A stretch of 64,000 nucleotides of DNA, from contig JAQFVV010000008.1 in assembly GCA_028023455.1 (NCBI GenBank), positions 124,001 to 188,000 of the forward strand. The letters are read 5' to 3'. The DNA comes from Epiperipatus broadwayi (lineage: Eukaryota; Animalia; Onychophora). The notes under the pieces are model-generated. The model was not told the DNA's origin, did no database searches, and saw only the letters and a list, made by a program, of their open reading frames with translations. Positions within the stretch are counted from its first letter, which is position 1, and every line of letters starts with the position of its first letter. Shown one piece after another: positions 42,494 through 53,465 of this stretch. The position numbers and the translations under genes are program-made.

Positions 42494-43002
42494 TTTATTC
42501 TTTTAATTATAAATTTATTTTAAACGCACATTATTATATTAAGTAATATTTACTAAGACTGTAACCTCAGGAATATGCGTCTGAAAAATGCGAAGGTTTT
42601 CAGTCACATATTCCTGAGGTTACAGCCTTAGTAAATATTACTTAATATAATAATGTGCGTTTAAAATAAATTTATAATTACAACTTTAAATTATCGTAAT
42701 ACATTTCTTACTATAAGATCTTTCCATTGACTCGTTGTAAATCGAAAGATTTCGCGAGTAATAATGTATAATAAGAATTGTGGATTTAATTAGTGAAGTA
42801 TTGAATAGCTTCACGCTCTTAGGTCTAACCACTTCAGCTTCACCTATTCATATATAAAAGTAGGTTGAAGTAAAGAGGGGTTCCCATCTTTTCTTCCAAG
42901 GTGTAAGCTTGTGGTTAAGACCTGTAGAGGTCTCTACCTTCGCATTTTTCAGACGCATATTCCTGAGGTTACAGCCTTAGTAAATATTATTTATTCTTTT
43001 AA
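42494..43002 (+). mobile_element. Family A: non-coding insertion with a 13-bp TSD; inverted copy + 349-nt unit + partial direct copy
   Basis: The TSD tttattcttttaa lies at 42494-42506 and 42990-43002. Hairpin arms of about 74 bp lie at 42504-42577 and 42607-42680. catattcctgaggttacagccttagtaaatatta is repeated at 42607 and 42956. There is no ORF. Confidence 0.9.
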
Positions 43003-43076
43003 CTAACTTAATTGAGATACTATTTGAAAGTCTTAGATTAAAAGTGTTAATATGCAGCTGAAAAGAAGTTTTTGTT

Positions 43077-43223
43077 TTTTTTCTTTTCAATTAAAATATC
43101 AAAATAAGGCTGAGCACTTTCAAGAGATACAATATTCTCATATTCATAGCTAGGTATATGAGAGTATTGTAACTCTCAAAAGCATTCAGCCTTAATTATG
43201 TTACTTTAACTGGAAAGAAAAAA
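43077..43223. repeat. Imperfect ~67-bp-arm fold-back (MITE-like)
   Basis: 43077-43143 is approximately the reverse complement of 43156-43223 (about 80% by eye, mostly transitions), with a 12-nt loop. Confidence 0.8.
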
Positions 43224-44219
43224 GATCACCATCAACTATGTAATAGCACAAAATTTAATTTATTATTTTCATTGAAGCTAAGTATAAACCTCATATATTT
43301 GAAAGTCTGTTAAAACATAGTTAAAAATATAAGTAAATACTTAACAAATATTTTATCTTTCAAATATTATTGTACTTACCATATTTCTCAAACAGTCTTA
43401 TGATTGGAATTCAAATATACAACAGATAATCTGTAAATATCTTTTTTTTAATAGACTTTTCTATATATTGGGATTTATTTAAAATGTTAAGATAGCAAAT
43501 CGTACATTAATTAATCAGATTTATGAAATGATATCACCTTTTTGATGTGACATATTGGTTTATTCAAGCCATGGCTTATACATATAAAACTGTTTTATGC
43601 ATTTTAATAAATGTCTTAATTGTTTAATTTTTTTTCTTGCATTATCATAGTTTCATCTTATAGTTTAAAAATTTTTACAATATGATTATTGGAATTTCGA
43701 CACCATAAATTGCAGATAAAATTATATATTTCTAAAAATATTTATTTTTATCTTTCAATTTATGGAAAGATAAGCTGTCTTCTCAAATAAAATTTTAACA
43801 AATCTGAGTAAAACAAAAGCTGATAAATTTTATTTATAGTATATAATAATGAAAATTTACATTTTTTTAAAGCAATTGTCTGTATAGTGTATAAAATGCA
43901 AATAATATTATTAGTTCTAATAATAGTGTTGTTCTTATTGTTATTATTATGATGATGATAATTATGTTTAAAAAAGGAATTTTATTGAGCAAAAAAAAAA
44001 GTGTTACATAGATTTGTTTACTTTTGCAGCTATAAAATTTACATTAACAGGTTGATGTATATGCAAATACATAGATCAAAATGGGAAAAGGAGGGTTACA
44101 ACTTTGAAAGGGCAGAGGATTATGACATTAAGCACACAATATAATATTACAATTGTCTAAGTTTATGCAATGTGTACATGAATTCAGTTGAAAAATCAGA
44201 GTAATTTTAATTTTTACAG

Positions 44220-46075
44220 ATACACATTGGTTTAAGTCCATGTTGTGTTGCTATCTGTATTCTGGGTACTTGTTATGTTGGATATGTCCATGAAGGTGTT
44301 TTCTATTGTTGGTATTTTATTGGGCTGGTTAAGTCCTTCAGAGTATAGCATAGATGGCCAGCTGGTCTATGGTAGCTTGATTTCAGTTTGGATATAGGTG
44401 GACTTGGTATGATACTAATTGGTAAGTGATATAGATCATCATATGCATGGTTGCTGCATTAGCAGTAACCAAGTGGCAACAGAGAGATCCAGGGTTATTT
44501 TGCTATCCCCAGGTTTTTAAAAGTATTAATCTATTGTAAACAGGTGAATGAGTGTTACGTGGTATTGTTCTTTAGGAGAAAAGTGTATTGTGTGGACCAG
44601 AATGCTTAGAAGAAACTGTGGGGATTGAGGCTCTGTGAAATGTGATTTTAAGTTTTGTTAAAACTATATTGGGGTAGGTATCTATGTTGGGATGCAATGT
44701 TTGCAGCAGTTCATGTTGTTCACTTTGGCTGGTTTCATGTATATCTATGGTTTGATTGTAGGTAAGATTCATCTGATTGAAGTTCTCTAGAATATTTGCC
44801 CCTTTAGTTTTAGCCCTCTTTGGTTTGTGGTTTTTTTCACCTAGATCTCTCTTTTGATTTCTGATGTTGATTTCTGTATTATGATTTGACTATGGTATAT
44901 TGTTGCATATGCTAGCTGTGGGATGAGATGCATTAGGCATTTCATGTGAGAAGTCTGGAGACATCTGGACAGAGCTTATTATATTGAGAGTTTGATTGTT
45001 TATATTACTTATTGAGAGACCAAATATTTGCGGGTCTTTGTCTATGGTAATATTACTAGATTCTTCAGAATGAGGATGTCTGTTGATTTTTTGCTGGTTA
45101 TCTGGGTGTTATTGGTGGCATGGGCATCCATGATGTATTCTTGTTGGTGTTTGTCAAATTGGTTATCTGTCAGCTGAGCTTTTGGAATTTAATTCATGAT
45201 GGAAATGTAGAGTGAGATGGCCATGCCAGCCATAGGAATAACATTATGGTTTTAAGCCCTTAATATAGAGGCAGAGCATGACCTCCTGGTCTAAAATCTG
45301 GGTAGATATATGTCTTGGATTGATGTTAGTGTTTAACTTTATCTTGAAATCAAAATTATTGATATACTGTATATTGGTTTATTGTGTCCTTGGGATATAT
45401 AGCATTGACATCTACAATGCTACCAAATGGCTACATCATTCTTTAAAAATCCTGAGATGTATAACCCAGGTAATGTAATTTTGGAAATTTTGGTCCTCGG
45501 CGACTAATGCATAATTTCCTAGTGTTTTTATCTGTGTTTGAAAACGATCCTTTGATGTGTAGTAAAGAATTCAATCACCAGATATCTTAAGTTGGTTTGA
45601 TTAACAATTCACAGAACAGTATGCCACAGCCCACACAAAGTAATAGCTTCATATAATAGGAATCTGGCGAATTTGTATAATGTCAAATTTGCATTTGTGG
45701 TAGAAAGAACGATAGAATGAACAAAAAAAATATTTTAAATAAATAGTCCCTTTAGTATGGTATTAATGAATTGGCTGCCAATGATTTTTAATGTCTGTAT
45801 TCCAGTGTGCAGGGGGGAGGTCTCAATTTTCTTGGTTTCTTAGATGGAGTTCATTGAGGTCACATTGATTTGTTTTGCTAAATCTATACATCAATGTATT
45901 ACTAGATGAAATCGAATTATTTTCTTAAGTTAATGTTTGTGTGTTAGTCTTAGCAGCATTTGCATAGGTTCTGATGGGCTTTGAAGTTCTAGCAGGCATA
46001 GAAATTTGTTTTGGCGCCATCCATTTGATCAGCTGACTGTGTGGTCACCTTTTGTTTGACACTGTTAGACTACAC
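44220..46075 (-). mobile_element. I-group-like LINE 5' part: decayed gag-like ORF1 with zinc knuckles and endonuclease remnant
   Basis: The minus strand begins MAPKQISMPARTSKPIRTYANAAK (ATG about 46021). Later peptides are ITLPGLYI...HCRCQCYISQGHNK and NASHPTASIC (CCHC-type remnants), then LDLSVA...DDLY.HLPISI (APE C-terminus). No RT is seen. Confidence 0.55.
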
Positions 46076-46317
46076 ATTTATTGCAATATTTAAATTAATT
46101 TGAAGTTTGAAAGAAAAATTGTTTAAAATAAATCAATTTTGCTTACTGTTTCAGTATATGTAAGTTTAATCTTAAAGTATGTAGGTTTTGAGTAACTTTT
46201 TGGGATTTGAATCCAGATATTTTGAGCATGTATAACAGGGAATATCAGGATTTATTGCAGGACTATTATTATTATTATCACTAATATTGTTACTACTACT
46301 TGTTATTTTTATAATAG

Positions 46318-46371
46318 GTCCAGAACCACCTATCTAAGAAATCGAAGCGAATCTTCAACTAGTGGTGAAAA
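46318..46371 (+). CDS. Candidate 54-nt exon (phase 2 to 2): SRTTYLRNRSESSTSGE
   Basis: Acceptor ttgttatttttataatag and donor gtatat at 46372 (alternative gtgaaa at 46365). Two CpGs are retained. An alternative phase-0 reading is VQNHLSKKSKRIFN-stop. Confidence 0.5.
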
Positions 46372-48744
46372 GTATATCAAACCCTCAATTGTAGTGTTCT
46401 TTTTTTAAATACATTGACACTCATTTGATCAATACCTTTGGAATTAAAAATATATATATTTAAAAATATTTTGAATTTATCTGGGAATTCTACAGCTATC
46501 TGATAAAAATGAACATGCTATATTGTATATAACTAGGATTGAAAAAAATTGGATGACTAAACAGCATACTAATAATTTTTTATAAGATAAATGGAAAGCT
46601 TTCATGAAATACTATTGATGATAATCAAATGTTTATTTCTTTATTACAGTGAATTTTATCCTGAGACTCTTTAAAGTCATAAAAATCTATTTGTTTTGAC
46701 AGATCATTTAGGGAAAACAGTGTAGTGATTTTTAGGAATAATAACTATACCAATCTTTGTTTGATTGCTATATTTCTTTTGTGTGGGGGGGGGTGGGGGG
46801 GGGGAATACTCGTTTTATCAATTCTAAATATTTGTTTGCATAAATTGTAGCTTTTATAAATTATATATTTTTATTCGTTTTTTTTTTTTTTTACTTTTAA
46901 CTAGTGCTTTGTTGTTAATCTTTTTAAAAAGTGATAATGGCAATCATATATCTTGATTTCTTTTTTTATTTTATTTATATATAATAAATTACCTAATCAA
47001 ATCCAGACTTTATTTGAAAACAATAAATCAAATCTATCTTATGATTTTATTTATATATATATATATAGTGCATGTTTGGGAATTATGTACATACAAGTAT
47101 ATCAAAATTGACACATGCTGAAGGTACAATATAAACTGAAAAAAACAATATGTCTGCCTATATCCATTAGTTTGTGTTTTCTGCATAACAATAACATTTT
47201 CTTACCTAGTTGAGTTGTTTTAAATAATGGCTCTTATTATCTTACAATTAGATTGACCAATTTTTTTTCTCCTTAATTCCAATTATTTCTATTATTACTT
47301 TATTCAGAACATATTTTAAATATACCATTATATATATATTAATATTAAAATGATATATATATATAAAATTCTATTTTATATAATGAAAATGATATTAACT
47401 TTATTATAACATGTATATTATATTTACTACAACTAAATATTTCTGTAATTAATTGTTTGTATAACAAATATACATTCAGTTTCATTAAATATAGTGGAGC
47501 CATAATATGTGTTATATTTTATTTCAAATCCCTCTTCATATACTGCAGACACTAACACACATTTTGTTTATAAGTTTCGATTATAATGCAATATGCATTG
47601 CTTACTGTACTACAGATGTACAATATTTTTCAACTTGCATGTATATTTGTAGCATAGATAAATTTATGTATATAATATGCATATACAAATTAAGATTATA
47701 ATATCAAAATTTAAAAAAATAATATTAATGTCATTATTAATAATAAATTGAGAGAGTACATTTACACACATATTAACTGCGTATTCATTCAATCACATTC
47801 ACTCAAAATATAATAATATATGTTAAACAACCTCCATACTTCCCCATTCTTTTTAAATTCATATAAATAAAGATACAATAAAAGACAAATGATCCCCACA
47901 TATCTGTGCTAGAGATAATCTCTAGTTTAGAAAATGATTAGTAATAATTATTATTATATTTATCTGAGGTAGATGGTATCAAAGTTGTGAGTGGAGTGAG
48001 TTTGACAATGGTAAATAAAAATGTAACAATAATAAATTTACAGTATTGCATTTTCATTTTTTTTTACATGAAGTGCCAGACTCTTATTGCAGATTTTGAG
48101 CTTTCTGATGCAATATAATAACATCTATACAAATGTTTCTCTGGTTCATACCTGCTATCTGTAACTTAATGCTTTACCAAAAAATTATCTTTTAATATGG
48201 GTTTAACTTTAGCCATTTCAAGGGCACAGATAAGAGTGGCATGAATATGTCTTTCACTTTTTATTGTTTCTCTAATAGGTTATTCATTCTTCTTAAACAT
48301 GTGGTCTACATCTGACTATCTTTGTTTTTTACTATAAATGAATAACTTTCATTTTGTCACTTATTAAGGAAAATGCAGATTTTCTTAAATTACTTTTAGA
48401 AATCATTTTAACAAATGAAATATTAAACTGTATCAAACTTTTGGATAAAAAAAAGCAAAGAAAAATAGTTATGATTTCAACTTATTTAACATGATGAAAG
48501 CACAATTAATAAATGAAATTGCTTTAGGTATATTGAGATTGCTGCAAGATGAAAAGGTGGTTGCTAACATATTGCATGTGATAAATACTTATAGAATTTA
48601 TTAAATTTACAAATTTTAATATTTCAACCTTTTGTTTATTTACTTTTCTTTTGTGTAGTGAATAATTGTAGCAGTGCATTTTAACAGCATATAGTATAGC
48701 TTCATTATATGCAGATGCAATTTCTATATATATATATATATAGT

Positions 48745-48830
48745 TAAAAGGAGGTTGCCTTGACAGAAGTTTGAGATTGTTGATTGTTATTGATATTGGG
48801 ATTGTCTAAGTGTTGTCTGGTTTTAAATGA
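48745..48830. repeat. Dispersed repeat fragment, homologous to 9580-9660, within (TA)n
   Basis: Shares ggttgccttgaca...attgatattgggattgtcta.gtgttg with 9580-9660. Confidence 0.75.
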
Positions 48831-49599
48831 TATATATATTGTATTAATGATTTTTAAAAATCTGAATAGTTAATTAAGAGAACCAGTTAGTTCAACAATA
48901 TTTATTATATATATATATAGAAATACCTAATATCATATCTATTTTGTAGTCTCCCATGTGGATAAATAATAAAAGGTAGTATTGGAATTTTTTTTTTTTG
49001 GGGGGGGGGATGTATACAATAAAACATTTTTTTTTTAAAAATGTAATAGGTTAGTTATTAAAATATGAGGGATTTACATTTTAAAAATAAATAAATAAAT
49101 AATTATATGCTGTTATAATATAGAATAAAATAATGTAGTTAGTTTTTGTTATCAGAATCTAAAAGATTTAGAATTAGAAAAAAAATGTACTTAAAGTTAT
49201 AAGTGAAAGAATGTATTGTTGGAATGTGTGTTTATTTCAAAACACCACAATAAAACTAATTAAGATAGATTAAAAAAATATAGATCTTAAAAATAAAAAA
49301 AAGATAAGGTTTAATTAAAGCAAATATATTTTGGTTTAATGTAGAAGAAAATAATTAACATGATTACAAAGGATTAGCATTTATTTTAAAGTTACAATTT
49401 TGTCTTCATTGTTTTAAGATAATAGAGTTTTAAAAAATCATAATAGATAGGTCTAAAACAGCTTTTACTCAAATATAAGAATTTAAGTAAGTAGATAATT
49501 ATAGTGTATATATATTTTTCTTTTGATTAATGCTTCTTAATATTTACCCCCAATTATTTCAAAATATCTTCTTTCTTCGGTTTCAGTTTCATAATCTTT

Positions 49600-51150
49600 T
49601 TTCGTTTCCTTAGTCAGAAGTATAACCGCACCTGCTTTGGGAGACTGAGGATCATGATCAGTTCCCTGATAATACCTCTGTGTTGTGAGGTGATCCACTC
49701 CTGGTTTGTCTAATTATTTTCTGTCAAGAGATGAAGAACCATATTCCTGATGAGTATTTTCTTCATGAATGTTTGATCCACTTGCAGATCTTTTAATTAT
49801 TCAGGTTCTAGTAGGACTATTTATGTCACCAGTTGAACTTCTCCTCTTCCATGGTGGCACTTCATTTCTTCTGTTATAAACCATGGTGGTGTCTTGATTT
49901 TTCACTTCTCATATTGGATATCATTCATATGTGGATTATTATCTTCTCTGTATATTGATTTAGTTGGAGGCTTAAATTCCAATTCCTTTTTAACATGTGC
50001 AGGTTTGCTGCTGTCAAATGCATTTAACAGTTCAGCCACCTGCTCAATTGCACACCTGTCAGTGCCAATCAACATACTTTCAATATGGCTTGAGAAGATA
50101 TGTCTTAATATTCTTATTATTTGTAAATTTTGAGAGAAGATCTGCAGTGAGTGCTCTCAGTTTTGTTACTTGCTTTCTAAAAAATGGAGTGTAGGGTTCA
50201 CCAGGAGGATACTTCTCTTGGTATACTTTATGTTTAACTTCTTCCTGGTAATCCTCTCTTCAGTAGCACTTCATGATTGCCTGCTTGAATGTGATAAAAT
50301 TATAAGGATAGGTGAATAACAAATCCCACCATGCCTGGAATGCACCTTGAAGATGGCTATAAGCTATTGCTACCAGTCATGGGATTAATGGTGGAATATC
50401 TTTACAAACTATTGATGAATTCAATGGGTGCCTCACCAGCATTTTCTGAAAAGTTCCTATTTTAAGGATGACCTTTACTTCCTCTATCTTTGTATTTTCA
50501 ATTTCTTCTTTTTTTAATGTATACACAGTTATTTTTCTTTTGGTTTGAACATCTTGTCTATGGTTATCTTCCAATTGTTTTACTATTTCTTGGATTCTAT
50601 CATCATCTCTGACATGAAAGAAATTTAATTTGATTAGCCAGATCTCCTGTGTGCTCTTCTATCAATTCCAGGTTTTGCTGACTTTTATTATTCACAGATT
50701 CTATTGCCTCCTGCACTTGGCTAATTTTATTATCCATTACTTCTTGTATCTTATTTTCATATCCTGTTCTTGTTTGATTTGGTCTGCTATTTCATTAGCC
50801 ATGTTTTTACTATTTTCATCAATTTTCTGTAGCATATCTACTTTTCAACATTTCTTCTGTTATTTTCTGCTTCTCTTTGTTGATTCTTTATATTATCCTT
50901 TTCTCTTTGTTGGTCTCTTTTTATTCACTTCTTCTCTTTGTTGCTTTCTCTTTTTATTCTCTTCTTCTCTTTGTTTATTATCATCTTTTTGTTGGTCTCT
51001 TTTTATTCTCTTCCTTAAACATTTCTAATAATTGTGATAATGTGGAAGCCTCCTCTATTCTCCAAATTCTTTCCATTGGTTGCTGATCATCTTTTGGATC
51101 ATGTTCTTCCATCCTTTTCACTTTTCCTCTTGTCAGCATATATGTTTTTA
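49600..51150 (-). pseudogene. Decayed Ty3/Gypsy-like gag (coiled-coil N-terminus plus capsid-like domain)
   Basis: Minus strand: MLTRGKVKRMEEH...E/K-rich coiled coil...LVAIAYSHLQGAFQAWWDLLFTYPYNFITFKQAIMKCY*REDYQEEVKHKVYQEKY...IEQVAELLNAFD. The L.G.A..WW pattern is typical of retrotransposon gag. No LTRs or pol are recognised. Confidence 0.7.
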
Positions 51151-51989
51151 TTATAGATTTATTCTTCAAAAAAAAAAAAACTATTGAATTATGAATTTTT
51201 TAAAAATATTTTTCTTGTAAAATAAGCTTGACATCACCTCCTCTTCCACACAATCATATTTCACCTTCACTAACATGACTATTATATTATTTTTACCCCT
51301 AATATGCCTTTTCTTCAACCTTATTGTCTCAATACCTGGCTTTATTTCATTAATTTATTTCCCCTGCATTATTCTCCAATTATATCCTGTTCATCTGCAT
51401 GTGACTAATCTTCATTTTTATTATAATCACATATGTATATACAAACACAAGTTCATGTCAAGAAACATTTGTCAAAATGTTTCTTGAGATCTGATGAGAT
51501 TCTGACAGCAAAATAAAGCATAGTGACTTGCAACTTTGGTATAGATACACAATTCAGCCACTGGATTATAAATACACAATGCATCATGAACACCAAGAGG
51601 GCTATCTCAATTTAGGCACTATAAGCTACCACGACCCTTGATATGAAATAAAGATGCAAAATCTTTGCAAAGTCCTGCTCCTTTGAGTCTTAGAGGCTGG
51701 AAAATATAAACTATGCCTGGCTCTCTTTCTTGGAGGTTTAGAGGCTGGGGGTCATGGCAAGACTATGTTAACTGGACCATGATAAAGAATCAAAAATAAT
51801 TTGAAAATCTGAGGGTTGGAGTAATACCTGAGAAAGAACACTCCATGGAATTGCATGGAAAACACTGCATCCTCAAGCCAACAACAAAACACTTCATCCA
51901 TCACCAAAACTGAAAGTACATCTAAACAAATTTCAACAGTCAAAAACTCAATCCAATCTTTAAAATCATGCCTTGATTATCTCTTCAAC

Positions 51990-52690
51990 TTTTAATCTTT
52001 GAAGCGCTAATTATTTTATTGGCCGAGTGAGGTAAAAGTCTAAACTTTCAATTGATCAAGTCACAAACTCAACATCAAAATATATTCATTTTTTAATATT
52101 ATATTCACTTTAGTTTCGTTTGTAAAAAGTTTATGAGAGTGAATGAAAGTTTTTTCAAAAATAAATTTCTATTTATAATTATAAAAATATTTGATAATGG
52201 CAAATCTGAAACAAACATTACTGACAAATCAAAAAGTTTTGATGACGTTAGTTAACTCTTTCCAAATTTTAAATTGCGTGGATAAGTAAATAATTTTTGC
52301 TAAAGTCTTAACTATTTTTCTAAAATAATTTTATTTTTAGCATATTTCATCAAAATAATTTATAATATGCTAAAAAAACACGTCAAAAAATACTTTTAAA
52401 ATGGTCTAAAGCATTCATTTATCACTTTCAAAATGAAAGAAAAGAAATCTTAGCAGTTTCGTTTTGACAAGCGGCTTTCTTTGAACTTGATGGTTACAGC
52501 CAATCAAAATGAACATCCAGCCTACTTGTTTTGTTATACTTTTGACTTCAGTTTTATTGACTTATTACTTGTAAAATAATTCAAGAGAGGGCAGCATCTT
52601 ACGGAACTTTTTTTAACCTTTAAAAATAGCGAAAAATCTTTATCGTAGCATTAAAAGTAATGAAATTCAAGCGATTTGAAGCAGCTTCGA
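51990..52690 (+). repeat. Dispersed ~650-bp non-coding repeat, copy 1 (copy 2 at 61911-62650)
   Basis: Collinear blocks such as ttattttattggccgagtgaggtaaaa, cacaaactcaa, aaatggtctaaa and ataattcaagagagggcagcatctta occur in both copies. Confidence 0.9.
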
Positions 52691-52998
52691 ATCATCTCAT
52701 AATGACCCCTTAATTGGTTAATATGAACATCTTAAATAAACATTAATATTTCTAAATAGTCAAAATAAGAGTCACATATCACATGACCCTATCTCTTAAG
52801 CTTGTAAGTTATAAACAATGAGGATTGCCAATTCCTCTACAAGCTTTATGATAAATGCTTAGCCAGAGCCAACACTTAAAATATCTCTGTCAGGAACCCC
52901 TCCCCAAATCCCTGCTTTGGCACTCCTCAGAGACGTGTCAGGATAGGTTCGACACTAGATCTAAAAATACCAATCCTTAGATCTAGTGTCTGAACCTA

Positions 52999-53051
52999 CC
53001 CTGACACCTCTGAGGAATGCCAAAGCATGAAACCATGGTCAGGGGTTTGGG
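52999..53051 (+). ncRNA. Minimal type I hammerhead ribozyme with an intact core
   Basis: CTGAGGA 53010-16; stem II ATGC-caaa-GCAT 53017-28; GAAA 53029-32; palindromic stem III ACCATGGT 53032-39; cleavage C at 53040 (GUC). Stem I pairs 52999-53009 with 53041-53051, 9 of 11 positions. Confidence 0.85.
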
Positions 53052-53412
53052 GAGGGGTTCCTGACATATTTTAAGTGCTGGCTCTGGCTAAGCATTTATC
53101 ATAAAGCTTGTAGAGGAATTGGCAATCCTCATTGTTTATAACTTACAAGCTTAAGAGATAGGGTCATGTGATATATGACTCTTATTTTGACTATTTATAG
53201 TCTGCCATAAGTCTTATGCAATTTTATATTGCTAAGACTAATATATGGTATGGCTGAAGATCTATCAGCTCCATATAGCTAGTTGAGATGGTTAGCTGGG
53301 TTTGAAGACATGTAGATGTCCTGAAAATTTCAGATTTTCCACTCAGTAGATAACTTTTAGATAAGTGCTTGGCTTTGGGTTGGTATTTTTAGATCTAGTG
53401 TCTGAACCTACC

Positions 53413-53465
53413 CTGACACCTCTCTGAGGAGTGCCAAAGCACAAAATTATGGTCAGGGGTTTGGG
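53413..53465 (+). ncRNA. Second, mutated hammerhead copy
   Basis: CTGAGGA 53424-30 and stem II GTGC/GCAC are present, but G12>A (AAAA at 53443) and stem III is ATTATGGT. It is predicted inactive. Confidence 0.7.

Noticed and set aside
42921-42945. CTGTAGA-GGT..ACC in family A as a hammerhead core
   Set aside because: No GAAA follows stem II in any copy. The minus-strand GAGG..CCTC-GACA lacks an upstream CUGANGA.
50630-51086. Plus-strand hydrophobic ORFs 50630-51028 and 50877-51086 as membrane proteins
   Set aside because: They are the antisense of the E/K-rich gag coiled coil on the minus strand.
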